From a virus, in IMG/VR virus record IMGVR_UViG_3300035171_000016, positions 64,001 through 128,000 of that record: a stretch of 64,000 bases of DNA; one strand, written 5' to 3'. Position 1 is the stretch's first letter, and every line of letters begins with the position of its first letter. Of the stretch, positions 1-10,108 are shown in pieces. A program made the translations under genes and the position numbers. The notes beneath the pieces are model-generated. The model was not told where the DNA came from. It worked only from the letters and a program-made list of their open reading frames with translations, and ran no database searches.

Positions 1-2
1 AT

Positions 3-206
3 CTCTAATGATTTTTGAGGGTCTTCATTAGCATAATATTTATATTCACAAACAAGTTCTGAATTTTTATTTAAATACTTAATAATATCAGGGTCAACCG
101 AAGAAGACATTAAATGAGAGGGAAACTTATTAGTTCCAAAAAGAATCATAAACATCTTTTCGGGTCCCGTTTCAACATATGAGGCAAAATCTAGAATAGG
201 ATTCAT
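3..206 (-). CDS. Hypothetical protein, runs off the window edge
   Basis: Open frame from ATG at 206: MNPILDFASYVETGPEKMF... Confidence 0.6.
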   Translation of the reverse strand, partial: MNPILDFASYVETGPEKMFMILFGTNKFPSHLMSSSVDPDIIKYLNKNSELVCEYKYYANEDPQKSLE

Positions 207-239
207 TATATTAAATAATAAGGTAGTTTTTATAAAAAA

Positions 240-989
240 TCAAGCAATATTATACTTTTTTATTGCTTCTGGACATCCTATATGCTCAATTATTTTATTA
301 TCTATATAAGAAAAATAATCACCATAAAAACCTAAATCTTTATTATTTGAAGCTAAATAGTTTGCTCCTAATCCAAAATCTCTCTCACAATGCCCATTAA
401 ATCTATTTTTTAAAACAAATTTGCTTATAAAATACATATCTCTATTTCTAATAAATGTTGGGTTAAAAGAAAACTCCTTAGATTGAATAAATAATCCATT
501 TCCTATTTCTATTGCCTGTGTTCTGTCTTTAATATCTAAATCATCTACTCTGGTATATCTAAAAGTCAATAGGTTTGGATTTTTTTCTAATAAAAACTGA
601 GCCAATTTTACTTTCTCATCATAGTTATCAATATTAACAACCCAATCATCTTCATGCCAGTATCCATATTTAATATTTTGCAATTCTGGCTGTGAATATA
701 ATGTATTTATATCTTTTAAATATTCTAAATGAGATGAGCCATTATTATGACTCCAATCGCCAATAGTTTTAACTACTTTATTAAAGTTAAAATTTTTATA
801 TAAATCTTCTTCAATTTTATTACCTATTTCTATTTCATCTGGAGAAACTTTTATGTGGGCAATTTTATAAGCATTATTTTTAATTATTGATGATTTCTTA
901 TATAAACTAGTCAAAGTATAACTATAAATAGCCCTACATCCAAAATGCCCTTTTGTAGATGTAAAGAAGTTAAGTGACAAGTCTTGCAT
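240..989 (-). CDS. Putative GT-A glycosyltransferase
   Basis: WHEDDW DxD-like motif, FSFNP, C-terminal HIG. Confidence 0.6.
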   Translation of the reverse strand: MQDLSLNFFTSTKGHFGCRAIYSYTLTSLYKKSSIIKNNAYKIAHIKVSPDEIEIGNKIEEDLYKNFNFNKVVKTIGDWSHNNGSSHLEYLKDINTLYSQPELQNIKYGYWHEDDWVVNIDNYDEKVKLAQFLLEKNPNLLTFRYTRVDDLDIKDRTQAIEIGNGLFIQSKEFSFNPTFIRNRDMYFISKFVLKNRFNGHCERDFGLGANYLASNNKDLGFYGDYFSYIDNKIIEHIGCPEAIKKYNIA

Positions 990-1011
990 AATTAATAATA
1001 TAAGGTAAAAA

Positions 1012-1809
1012 TTATTCGTACCAAAGTTTTAAACCATGAGAAAAATATTCAATTTTATCTAATTTTTCTTTAGATTCGATGATATTATCAACTTTATGAC
1101 CGGCACGATTTTCCCACACAGGCCTCCAGAATGCGTTAGCTTTTAATCTTTTATCCTTGTCGAGCCAGCCAAGATGCCAAACTTTAGGAATACATTTTTC
1201 TTTTATATATGATGGAGTTAAGTTATTGGTTATATAACAGGCGTCGCATAATTTATCATCAAATGATAATAATTCACAAGTATCGCTTTTGTTAATATCA
1301 ACTTTTCCGTCTTCTTTTTTTGCAAAAGAAACAGTACCACGGTGCAAGTGAGGAAGATTTTTATGTAAATACCACTTTACTCCTACGGTCTTATATTCTT
1401 TTTCGGAATTATATAAATCAAATACAGGAATCATTAAGGCATCGCAGCTAGGAGTATAGGAAAGATAATTAGCCCAATTTATCCAGTTAGTTTTATCTTT
1501 AACATCTATTCTTTCGTCTCCGTCTAAAAGAATACAAAATGGTTTTTCGCATAAATTTAATGCTTTGTTTTTCATTTTGCCATCAAAATCAGGCTCTTTT
1601 AAAATATCATCGCTCCAATGATATACTTTAATAATACATTTATTACCTTTATTTAATTCGTTATGAAAAAAATTATTTAATATATTTCTATCTTTTTCTA
1701 ATGTTGAAATACAAACCTCGTCAGAAAAATCTGTAAAATTATTAATTGCTCCCTTCCAATCAATAAAATCGTTATCCAAATTATATAATGAAGTATATAT
1801 TGAAAACAT
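1012..1809 (-). CDS. Glycosyltransferase family 2-like
   Basis: N-terminal SIYTS strand, KN-A...LLDGDE motif, C-terminal WHLGW. Confidence 0.75.
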   Translation of the reverse strand: MFSIYTSLYNLDNDFIDWKGAINNFTDFSDEVCISTLEKDRNILNNFFHNELNKGNKCIIKVYHWSDDILKEPDFDGKMKNKALNLCEKPFCILLDGDERIDVKDKTNWINWANYLSYTPSCDALMIPVFDLYNSEKEYKTVGVKWYLHKNLPHLHRGTVSFAKKEDGKVDINKSDTCELLSFDDKLCDACYITNNLTPSYIKEKCIPKVWHLGWLDKDKRLKANAFWRPVWENRAGHKVDNIIESKEKLDKIEYFSHGLKLWYE

Positions 1810-1810
1810 A

Positions 1811-3298
1811 TTAAATGGTATGCTCTATTTTGTTATTATCTTTTTGTAAAGGCTTATTTAAAGCTTGGTCTCTTATGATATTTTCTAAAGTTCCCAATTC
1901 TTTAACTTGGTAGTTTTCTATAGTATAATTAATAAAATTCTGTTTCCATTTAGGCTTTCCTGTATGGTCTATGGTCTTAACAGAGCTATTCATATTATAG
2001 TTGTCTTTGCCTTGAACGCGGCTAGTCTTAAAAGGTTTTAATAAATGAGTTCCATAACCATTCCCAAATTCATTAATTTCATCGTGGGTTTTCTTTCTAA
2101 AAACCGCATTGAAACCTACAAGATGGTTAATTCTATCGGAAACAGCCGCCGTAGTACTATCATCATTTCTAGCCCCTTGGTTTTCCGCCGCTCTATTTTG
2201 TTGGCCAGCCGTTAGAATAGAGCTATCGGTTTCATGGCCAAGCTCATTTAAGTAATTTAACATATCTCCAAGAGCTTGATATTCGGCACGATTTTTATCT
2301 GGAACGTCCGTAATTTTTAAATAATCATAAACAAATAAACATTTATTTCCCCTACCAACATTCTTATAATACCATCTTTTCATTAAGCTAACTGTCTCTT
2401 TAATTGGCTTATTTGGTAAATAAATATGATGAATAGAGCCTTTATACTGATTTAGCTTCTCGAATCCCCTTAGAACTTTTTCAGATAGCTCTTTATTTTT
2501 AGTCCATGCGCCGGTTTCTAAATACCAAGCATTTAAATCCATTTCTGAGGCACCCGCGCGAAACATATTTAAGTCTAAATCCATTTCAGTATCTATGTAT
2601 AGGGTCTTAATATTATTAAGCTTGCATAAATTTTTAGCCATGTTAAATAAGAAACAGCTTTTGCCTTCGCCAGACCTACTAATAATATTCGTTGTTTGTT
2701 TTTGTCTAATACCACCAAATAAGCGATTCCATTCTGGATATGCAGTTTTAAAACCCACTTCTTCTTTAGGATTTTTCGCTATCTCTTTTAGAAAATGTTC
2801 TATATTAGAATATAAATCAATCGGCTCTACTTGTGATGAATATTGAGATACTTGGGTATTATAAATTCCATCTACTCCGTGAATTAATTCATCTATAGAC
2901 TTATCCCCACACTCTTTAATAAAGTTTTGAACTAAGCCTGCATTATCCCAAAGCTCTCTTTTAATTCTTAATTTTACTAATTCTTTTCCAAGTTCAATAG
3001 TGCCGCGCTCATTTAGACTTACAAATGAAATAGAGTCTAAGTAATCAAATAAATTTAAATCTTCAAAGGTATTTAAAGATAATTCTTTACATTTTTGAGC
3101 AACAATTACCTTATCGGCTGGCATTCCAGCCATAACTAAGTTTCTTAATACGGCATAAACTATTCTATGAGTTTTATGAAAAAACTCGGCCTCTTTTACA
3201 AATGGTTCAATTTCAATTAAATACTTAGGATTTTTTAAAAGGCTTCCTAGAAAATTAGCTTCTGCTCTAATAGAATAGAGATTATCGGGGTAGTTCAT
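1811..3298 (-). CDS. dnaB: Replicative DnaB-like helicase
   Basis: AE..LG.LL N-domain, Walker A SRSGEGKS, DTEM, YDYL, QQNR. Confidence 0.92.
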   Translation of the reverse strand: MNYPDNLYSIRAEANFLGSLLKNPKYLIEIEPFVKEAEFFHKTHRIVYAVLRNLVMAGMPADKVIVAQKCKELSLNTFEDLNLFDYLDSISFVSLNERGTIELGKELVKLRIKRELWDNAGLVQNFIKECGDKSIDELIHGVDGIYNTQVSQYSSQVEPIDLYSNIEHFLKEIAKNPKEEVGFKTAYPEWNRLFGGIRQKQTTNIISRSGEGKSCFLFNMAKNLCKLNNIKTLYIDTEMDLDLNMFRAGASEMDLNAWYLETGAWTKNKELSEKVLRGFEKLNQYKGSIHHIYLPNKPIKETVSLMKRWYYKNVGRGNKCLFVYDYLKITDVPDKNRAEYQALGDMLNYLNELGHETDSSILTAGQQNRAAENQGARNDDSTTAAVSDRINHLVGFNAVFRKKTHDEINEFGNGYGTHLLKPFKTSRVQGKDNYNMNSSVKTIDHTGKPKWKQNFINYTIENYQVKELGTLENIIRDQALNKPLQKDNNKIEHTI

Positions 3299-3330
3299 TG
3301 TTTTTATTATACTGTCTTAAACTTAAAAAC

Positions 3331-3561
3331 TCAACATAAAAATTTAAGTTCTTCTTTATATCTTTTTTCAAATTTAGACCAAAATTCTCTTGGGCATTCA
3401 TTATATTTTGCATCAGAAAGAATTTTAGATTCTGGAAATCTTTTTTTTAATTCTTTTTCTAGCAAATCATAATTATAATCTGATATTATAGGATTACTTT
3501 TTTCGTAATAAAGGTATTTATGGTATAAAATATCGTCTTCTAGTTGTTCCTGAGTTAGCAT
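3331..3561 (-). CDS. Stand-alone NAD-dependent DNA ligase domain Ia-like protein
   Basis: YHKYLYY..SNPIISDYNYDLL..EL matches the LigA N-terminal Ia motif; no adenylation domain. Confidence 0.75.
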   Translation of the reverse strand: MLTQEQLEDDILYHKYLYYEKSNPIISDYNYDLLEKELKKRFPESKILSDAKYNECPREFWSKFEKRYKEELKFLC

Positions 3562-3566
3562 AATAT

Positions 3567-3953
3567 TTATTTTAATAAATCTGGATTTTGAAAGATATTA
3601 CCAATTATTTCTCTATAGTCATCTTCAATAAACTCTGATACCGGATAATACGAACCAGTTTCGTATGAAACGGTACTTATAGTATCTCTTTCTCCCCAAT
3701 TACCATCAAAAAAATTAGTATCTGTCCATTTTATAATATCTCCCTCATAAATATCTTTTTGATTAATATCTTTTAAACCTGTAAATTGTTGGATAACATA
3801 TAAATCTGGATTAACAGATTTTAGAGATACAGAATTAGTAGTTAATAATTCAACAAAAATTAATTTTCCATCTAAATCTAAACAATACTCTTCTTTTCCA
3901 AGAAACCTATTAAATTCTTTGTGCCAAACGCGAAATTTTAATTCTCTATTCAT
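3567..3953 (-). CDS. YopX family protein
   Basis: RELKFRVW...QFTGLKD.N.KDIYEGDII...EIIGNIFQNPDLL. Confidence 0.9.
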   Translation of the reverse strand: MNRELKFRVWHKEFNRFLGKEEYCLDLDGKLIFVELLTTNSVSLKSVNPDLYVIQQFTGLKDINQKDIYEGDIIKWTDTNFFDGNWGERDTISTVSYETGSYYPVSEFIEDDYREIIGNIFQNPDLLK

Positions 3954-4948
3954 ACTCTTATATATTCTACGTTTTTAAATGCCGATAAATCTTTTCCGCC
4001 AGCATAAGATATTGCGCTAGACAAGGCCTGTTTTATTTCCTCTAGCTTTTCTTTATAAGAAACGTCAACATTAACCTCAAGCGTTCTTCCTTCAATATGT
4101 TTACTATTTCCTTTTGCCTCGTAAGAAGTTGAGCCAAAATAAATTTTCTTGCCATCTACTTTATTTATGTCCGCAGGCGAATCAGAGCATCTAGCAAATA
4201 AACCGCCAGACATGACCATAGACGCACCCACTGATAATGCTTTTGATATGTCTCCAATAGTTTGAATTCCACCATCTGCTATAATTGGGACTGTTTTAAA
4301 CTCTTTATATGTTGGATTACCAAGTTTATTTTCTTGCCAGTAAAAATTTTGACAACAATCTTGTACGCAACTAAACATGGGAACGGAAAATCCTGTTTGT
4401 AGTCTTGTGGTACAAATAGAGCCTTGGCCAATACCAACTTTAACCGCTTCCGCACCCCATTCTGATAAATTACAAACGCCCTCTGTTGTCGCGGCATTTC
4501 CTACTATTAGTCTAGTTTTTGGAAAGTTTTTTCTAATAAAATCTATTTGGCTCTTAACTTTAAGATGATGAGCGTGAGCAACATCAATAGTAATAAAATC
4601 TATTTTTTCTTTTTTTAAAGATAAAAGTTCTTTCCTTGAGTCTTCGTTTATTCCCGTAGAGATACTAACAATATTAAAATCATGCTTATTTGCATATTTA
4701 ACAAATTCATAAGTATCTAAATGGCCGTTTTTAGTATTTCCAAACCTATGATAAATATAAAAATATCCATTATTAGAAAGATATTCGGCTATATTTACAT
4801 CAATAACAGATAACATATTCGCCGGAACAATAGGTAATTTAAATTTAAATCCTAAAAATTCAATAGAAGTATTAGCTTTTGAGCGGCTTGGTAGCTCTGA
4901 GTATTTTGGAACTAGCAGAACATCTTGATAAGATAAGTATTTTTCCAT
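3950..4948 (-). CDS. guaC: GMP reductase
   Basis: LSYQDVLLVP, PIVPANM, IDVAHAH, KVGIGQGSICTTR, IIADGGI; no CBS domains; start moved to ATG at 4948. Confidence 0.88.
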   Translation of the reverse strand: MEKYLSYQDVLLVPKYSELPSRSKANTSIEFLGFKFKLPIVPANMLSVIDVNIAEYLSNNGYFYIYHRFGNTKNGHLDTYEFVKYANKHDFNIVSISTGINEDSRKELLSLKKEKIDFITIDVAHAHHLKVKSQIDFIRKNFPKTRLIVGNAATTEGVCNLSEWGAEAVKVGIGQGSICTTRLQTGFSVPMFSCVQDCCQNFYWQENKLGNPTYKEFKTVPIIADGGIQTIGDISKALSVGASMVMSGGLFARCSDSPADINKVDGKKIYFGSTSYEAKGNSKHIEGRTLEVNVDVSYKEKLEEIKQALSSAISYAGGKDLSAFKNVEYIRV

Positions 4949-4949
4949 A

Positions 4950-5492
4950 TTATAAAATAGATTTTTTTTGAATATCTGCACTTAAAAATTTATAACCTTT
5001 AATTTTCTCGTATTTTCCGCGAGATAAAGACCATAAAGAATGATAGGAAATGTCTTTTAAAGACTTTCTGATAGTCTTTAGTTTTACTATTTTATTTTTA
5101 GGAGATAAAAATTTATAATTATTAATTATATATGAATTTATATTAATATGATTAATATTAGTATTTTTTAACATTAATCCATTGCTAACCATTTTTTTAT
5201 TATTTATTAATTTCCATATAAACTGAAAAGTTAATCCATTTTTAAAAATAAAATTTCTTATAGAATCTTTATATATATTTCCATATATATCTTTTAGGCA
5301 AATTTTTTTATAAAAGACGGACGGAAGAACCCAATGTTTATGAGACGGCCTATCTCCATTCAATATTGGAGTAATATGAAATTTGTCGTTTTTTAAAAGT
5401 TTGGCCTTTTTACAAAAATCAGATATAGAATCTGCCGATATTATTTGTTCGGTTTGTTTATTAACTAGCAAGCATTTTCTTTTTAAGAACAT
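4950..5492 (-). CDS. Basic protein of NUMOD1-like repeats, no nuclease domain seen
   Basis: Three ~50-aa units resembling the C-terminal repeats of 10109-11380; has its own promoter. Confidence 0.5.
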   Translation of the reverse strand: MFLKRKCLLVNKQTEQIISADSISDFCKKAKLLKNDKFHITPILNGDRPSHKHWVLPSVFYKKICLKDIYGNIYKDSIRNFIFKNGLTFQFIWKLINNKKMVSNGLMLKNTNINHININSYIINNYKFLSPKNKIVKLKTIRKSLKDISYHSLWSLSRGKYEKIKGYKFLSADIQKKSIL

Positions 5493-5599
5493 ATTAAATG
5501 TTAATATTGTTTTATGTATTTGTCAAATTTTTTATAAAAGAAAGCCTATTAAATGAATTATTATATCTAATATACAAATAATTAATAACAGTCCATATA

Positions 5600-5797
5600 C
5601 TATCCTATTTTTCGCCATTTTTCTATAGTATTAAAATCTTTATAATTAAATTTCTCTTCAAAAAGCCATCCTTTATAATCAACTCCGCTTGAACGATAGC
5701 TGGCGCGGCCAATTTTTCCTACAGAATCAATAACTTCTACAATACTACTATCTTTAGGATATGAATCCTTTATTTTTATCCATTTATTTGTATTCAT
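5600..5797 (-). CDS. DUF551-like hypothetical protein
   Basis: WIKIKD.YP...V...W pattern. Confidence 0.5.
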   Translation of the reverse strand: MNTNKWIKIKDSYPKDSSIVEVIDSVGKIGRASYRSSGVDYKGWLFEEKFNYKDFNTIEKWRKIG

Positions 5798-5799
5798 TA

Positions 5800-6225
5800 T
5801 TATAAAATACTAATATCAAATTTTTCTTGTATATATTTTATTGAAAAGTTATCTAAGTCACTAGAATCTAATCTAACTAATTTTATATTATTAGCTCTTA
5901 ACCAATCATCTTTTTTAAGGTCTCTACCAATACTTGCTAGAAATTTTGCCCTACTATTATTATGAAAATGTTTATTAAATTCATTATGCTGCGGGCCATC
6001 TATTTCTACGCATAACCTATTAGTAGCATTTAAAAAATCCAATCTTAATCTTGTGCCCGGAATTAGTGGCTGGAATAATACAATCTTGTTTTTCCAATAA
6101 GGATAAATAAGGTCTCTAAACTGTCTTTCTATTTTACTGGCACCGTCTTTTTCCCAATCTATCTTATATTTATTTACATTAATAGATACTAGCTTAGTTA
6201 AGCTTCCAAATTTAAAGACCTTCAT
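5800..6225 (-). CDS. Vsr/DUF559-like PD-(D/E)XK endonuclease
   Basis: LDF....LCVEIDGPQH...RD..KD.WL....I.LVR. Confidence 0.8.
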   Translation of the reverse strand: MKVFKFGSLTKLVSINVNKYKIDWEKDGASKIERQFRDLIYPYWKNKIVLFQPLIPGTRLRLDFLNATNRLCVEIDGPQHNEFNKHFHNNSRAKFLASIGRDLKKDDWLRANNIKLVRLDSSDLDNFSIKYIQEKFDISIL

Positions 6226-6226
6226 T

Positions 6227-7360
6227 TTATTTGCTTAAAACTGAATTGTATTTATTACATAGGTATTCTGTAATATTTGGCCTATCTTCTAAATAGTTTC
6301 TTACGTTATCTATACCTTGGAATTTTTCTGGACATTCGGCATCAATTTCTTTTAGTTCCTTTAAGATATTTTCATCTAAATAAAACCAAGCACCTTTATC
6401 ACCCTTACGTTTTAATTGAGACCAAGCCTGTAGCATATCTATACATTCTAATTCCTTCCAAACGCTTTTGCCGCCAACCCTGCCATATTTTACAGGATAG
6501 CTTAGTTCATTATAGTTTTCATTATCACTCTTAATAATTTTAATCTTGCATCTATGACCAATAGCTTTGCTATTTTTATCAGACGGGTTTTCTCTGATAA
6601 TATCATCATTATATCTTCCTAAAAAGTTGATAACTACAGACGAGGCGTGTTCTAGGGCATGACCGCCACTAGATTTACCCTGACGTTGAGTTGTAGCCTG
6701 ATATTGGTTAATTTTAATTTCCTCTCTAATTTGAGAAATAAAAATACAAATATGACCTCTTCTAGCTAAAGCTAGGGCCGTCTTTTTTAAGAAAACAGAA
6801 GTAATTAAAGCCCCGCCAGCAACTTGTTGAGCCTCTTCTAGCGGTTTAGATAAGTCGTCCCTCTTTACCATGCTATCTACAGAATCAATAATAAAGAAAT
6901 ATTTAGCTTTTGTAGGGTTGTCAATAATAAGACTTCTAATAAATCCAAACACTACTTCATAAATATTAGATTCAACAACCAAACAATTATTTTGCCATTT
7001 TTCGGCGTCGGTAACAAAATCAATACCAGAACGCGCTCTTACTTCTGGACTTAATCTCCCCTCGCATTTAAAATAAACCCCTCTATTAGAAGAATCTAAT
7101 TTAAGAAAATTATACATAAAATCTAAGGCACAGGAAGTTTTGCCGCCAGCAGTAATACCCATAAACCTATGCGCTCCATTTGGTAATCCAGAGCCTAACT
7201 CTAAGTTAAGATTCAGACTAGAACTAGGAACCTTATAATAAATCTCTTCTTCAAAATTATAATGGTCTTTTTTATTCTCCTTTAGATAGGCTAAAGCCTG
7301 ACTTTGTGGAGAAATAACTTCTGAATCTTCTTTTATAACTTCTTTATTTTTTGGTGCCAT
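6227..7360 (-). CDS. recA: RecA/UvsX-like recombinase
   Basis: SSSL.LNL.LG.GLP.G, Walker A GITAGGKTS, IIDSV, FISQIRE, SGGHALEH. Confidence 0.9.
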   Translation of the reverse strand: MAPKNKEVIKEDSEVISPQSQALAYLKENKKDHYNFEEEIYYKVPSSSLNLNLELGSGLPNGAHRFMGITAGGKTSCALDFMYNFLKLDSSNRGVYFKCEGRLSPEVRARSGIDFVTDAEKWQNNCLVVESNIYEVVFGFIRSLIIDNPTKAKYFFIIDSVDSMVKRDDLSKPLEEAQQVAGGALITSVFLKKTALALARRGHICIFISQIREEIKINQYQATTQRQGKSSGGHALEHASSVVINFLGRYNDDIIRENPSDKNSKAIGHRCKIKIIKSDNENYNELSYPVKYGRVGGKSVWKELECIDMLQAWSQLKRKGDKGAWFYLDENILKELKEIDAECPEKFQGIDNVRNYLEDRPNITEYLCNKYNSVLSK

Positions 7361-7364
7361 ATTT

Positions 7365-7742
7365 TTAATTATCTAGGAATTCTATAATATTTTGAGGTTT
7401 TCTTTTTATTTCCTCTATTATAACCGTAGAAGTCTCGTTTAGCAAGTATTTTTTATTTTTTTGTTTATTAGAGATATAATTCTTCCATAATTCATCAAGA
7501 TTATGAAATTTCTTACTTTGAAGTCCGCACAAACTATTAAATTTACCGTTTAAATGATTTAAGGTATAAAAAAAATTAAAATCTGGATATTTATTTAATA
7601 ATCTTTTACAGGCAGAACGCTCTCTAATCCAATCCTTTTCTTCCCAAAATTTAGTCCCATCTTTTTTTATGAATAAATTAATTAAAAAACTAAACTTATC
7701 CGTTTTATTTATACTTAATGGTTCGTTTGGTGGTATTTCCAT
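7365..7742 (-). CDS. Hypothetical protein
   Basis: ORF in operon; likely start MEIPP. Confidence 0.6.
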   Translation of the reverse strand: MEIPPNEPLSINKTDKFSFLINLFIKKDGTKFWEEKDWIRERSACKRLLNKYPDFNFFYTLNHLNGKFNSLCGLQSKKFHNLDELWKNYISNKQKNKKYLLNETSTVIIEEIKRKPQNIIEFLDN

Positions 7743-7923
7743 ATTGATTAATAAATTCAAAAACTAGGTTATAACAATCTTTGCATAAATGAAATTTAAA
7801 AACACTATCTAAAATAGATAATTTTTCTTCACTAAAAGCACAATAATTAGATGGTGGAGATAGTAAAATTGCCCCCGCTTGTTTTAATTCTTTTCTACAG
7901 CTATAACAAATTGGTTTAATCAT
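7705..7923 (-). CDS. Small Zn-finger-like protein
   Basis: CxxC...HLCxxC. Confidence 0.55.
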   Translation of the reverse strand: MIKPICYSCRKELKQAGAILLSPPSNYCAFSEEKLSILDSVFKFHLCKDCYNLVFEFINQYGNTTKRTIKYK

Positions 7924-8417
7924 ACATCTATCTCTTTTCCATCTAAAAATCCCTTTAACCCTAAAACCTCGTCAAGCCATTTAATAGAAATTCCGCTTTC
8001 TGCCAACATCACCTGCGAAAAGGCAATTGATTCTTTCCAAGCATCCGAATTTACCATATCCGGCCATTGTCTATGGCAAATAATTTCTTTAATTCCTCCT
8101 TGAATTATTACCTTACAGCAGTTATCGCAGGGAATACCTTGGGTATATAAAATGGAATCTTTAGAACTTGTTCCAAATCTAGCACATTGCAAAACGGCAT
8201 TAAACTCACCGTGGCAAATAAATTTGTATTTAGTTGGTCTATCTAAATATCTTTGCTCTAAATCATTGACGTTGTACGGGAATCCATTATAACCATTAGA
8301 AATAATTCTCTTATCTTTTACTAAGACGGCTCCAATTTTTGTTCTTGGGTCTTTAGACTTGGAAGCCGCAAGATAAACGTGTTTCATAAACCAAACATCC
8401 CATAGTTTATTATCCAT
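7920..8417 (-). CDS. dCMP deaminase
   Basis: SKDP.TKIGA, GYNGFP, HGE.NA, PCxxC. Confidence 0.92.
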   Translation of the reverse strand: MDNKLWDVWFMKHVYLAASKSKDPRTKIGAVLVKDKRIISNGYNGFPYNVNDLEQRYLDRPTKYKFICHGEFNAVLQCARFGTSSKDSILYTQGIPCDNCCKVIIQGGIKEIICHRQWPDMVNSDAWKESIAFSQVMLAESGISIKWLDEVLGLKGFLDGKEIDV

Positions 8418-8418
8418 A

Positions 8419-8712
8419 TTATTTATTTTCTGGTTTTAAAGTAAGGCTCATTGTTTGATTTAAAGCATTAGTGGTATCCGAACACCAGACAATATCCCAA
8501 CGCTTATATGGCCAAGTAATATCTCCGTAATTAGGTGGATATACTGGCCTGTCTATAATAATAGGATTTTGTGGAATCCATTTTACTACTTCTTTTTCTG
8601 GAAAGGTAGCATCTAAAACAGCTTTTAATTCTTTAAGCTCATCGGGAGTCAAAGAGATAACCTGTTTTCCTATTTTTATCTCTATTTTTGAGATTTGAAT
8701 TTGATTTGACAT
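8419..8712 (-). CDS. Hypothetical protein
   Basis: ATG at 8712 (MSNQIQ) follows the small upstream ORF. Confidence 0.6.
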   Translation of the reverse strand: MSNQIQISKIEIKIGKQVISLTPDELKELKAVLDATFPEKEVVKWIPQNPIIIDRPVYPPNYGDITWPYKRWDIVWCSDTTNALNQTMSLTLKPENK

Positions 8713-8719
8713 AAAATTA

Positions 8720-8848
8720 CTAAAAAGATATATAGACAAATACTATAAACAATAAGAATAGCAAAAATAAAACAGGAACGCCTATTGTATATAGGGTTTG
8801 CCACCATTTAGGCATTTTATTTATAGATTTCATGTTAAAATCGGTCAT
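8720..8848 (-). CDS. Small membrane protein (42 aa), not in ORF track
   Basis: MTDFNMKSINKMPKWWQTLYTIGVPVLFLLFLLFIVFVYISF; TTGACT-17-TAATAT promoter 7 nt upstream. Confidence 0.6.
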   Translation of the reverse strand: MTDFNMKSINKMPKWWQTLYTIGVPVLFLLFLLFIVFVYISF

Positions 8849-8880
8849 ATAGATTATATTAATTCACTTTAATAAAAAAG

Positions 8881-10023
8881 TCAAGGATATAAAGATTCAT
8901 ATATTTTTATATCGTTCTCAACCATTTCCGAAATTAACATATCAAATGTATATTTAGGATTCCATATTAATTCTTTACGGGCTAAGTCCGAACAACCAAG
9001 AAGTGATTCAACATCAGCAGGACGATAAAATTTAGAATCAATAGCCACTAAAGTTTTACTTGATAAATTATCTATATATCTTTCTTCTAGTTTTTCGCCT
9101 TCCCATCTACCGTATATATTAGCTTTATTGAATGCTACATTTATTAAATCTTTTACCGTATATGTTTCGTTAGAGGATAATACATATTCTTTTATTTGTT
9201 TAGATAACCACTTTCTAGCATCCAAGCTAGTATAATCACCACAAAATCCAAAGTTTATTTTTTTAGCTATTTCACCATTATCTCTCCAAAGCTCTTGATT
9301 CAACATTTTCCATATTCCGTCTACAAAATCCTTAGAATGTGACCAGTCACGTTTTGCATAGATATTACCACAAAAAATTGGCTCAAATTCTTTATTATTT
9401 TTAATAGAATGATAAATTCTCGCAACACCATTTGTAATTTTACGAGATATAAAATGAATTTGGCGACGTGGAGATTCGTGATTGGTTAAAATTCCATGAA
9501 CTACATAAAGATTGTAGCTTTCTCTATATACTTTACATATATGTGCGGCGCAACATTTACTAACTCCATAAATACTACGAGGACTCATAGAATGTTTTTC
9601 ATCTTGCGGTGAATATTTAACATCACCCCATTGTTCAGAGCTACCAGCAGAATATAACCTACAGTTAGGGACGTAATTCCTTATAGATTCTAATATATGG
9701 ACTAAAGAAATAGAATTAGCTTCTATTGTAAAAGCTGGTTGGTTCCATGAATCGGCAACGAAACTTGATGCACCTAAATGAATGAAATAATCAGGTTTTT
9801 CGTTTTTAATTAGCGTTATTATCGAATGGGCGTCGGTTAACTCTAGCGGAACTAATTTAAATCTAGGATTTTTTAGACACTCCTGTAAATTACTAAGAAT
9901 AGCTTGGCTAGTTCGTCTAACGCCGCCTAAAACATCATAATCAGTATTTTTAAGTAAATACTCGCACATATAGGAACCATCTTGACCGTTAGCACCAGAC
10001 ACTATAACTTTTAGTTTATTCAT
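8881..10023 (-). CDS. gmd: GDP-mannose 4,6-dehydratase
   Basis: SGANGQDGSY, SFV..SW, SSEQWG, PRS.YGVSK, NHESPRR, RDW, RPADV..LLG. Confidence 0.93.
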   Translation of the reverse strand: MNKLKVIVSGANGQDGSYMCEYLLKNTDYDVLGGVRRTSQAILSNLQECLKNPRFKLVPLELTDAHSIITLIKNEKPDYFIHLGASSFVADSWNQPAFTIEANSISLVHILESIRNYVPNCRLYSAGSSEQWGDVKYSPQDEKHSMSPRSIYGVSKCCAAHICKVYRESYNLYVVHGILTNHESPRRQIHFISRKITNGVARIYHSIKNNKEFEPIFCGNIYAKRDWSHSKDFVDGIWKMLNQELWRDNGEIAKKINFGFCGDYTSLDARKWLSKQIKEYVLSSNETYTVKDLINVAFNKANIYGRWEGEKLEERYIDNLSSKTLVAIDSKFYRPADVESLLGCSDLARKELIWNPKYTFDMLISEMVENDIKIYESLYP

Positions 10024-10108
10024 ATATATATAATAGTAAATTTATAGTTTATTTAACTTTTTAATAAAAAAAAGTTAATACCTATGTTTATTGTGTATTA
10101 TATAGTAT

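Noticed and set aside
3950-4948. IMP dehydrogenase
   Set aside because: Short, no CBS domains, and PANM plus overall layout fit GMP reductase better; not fully excluded
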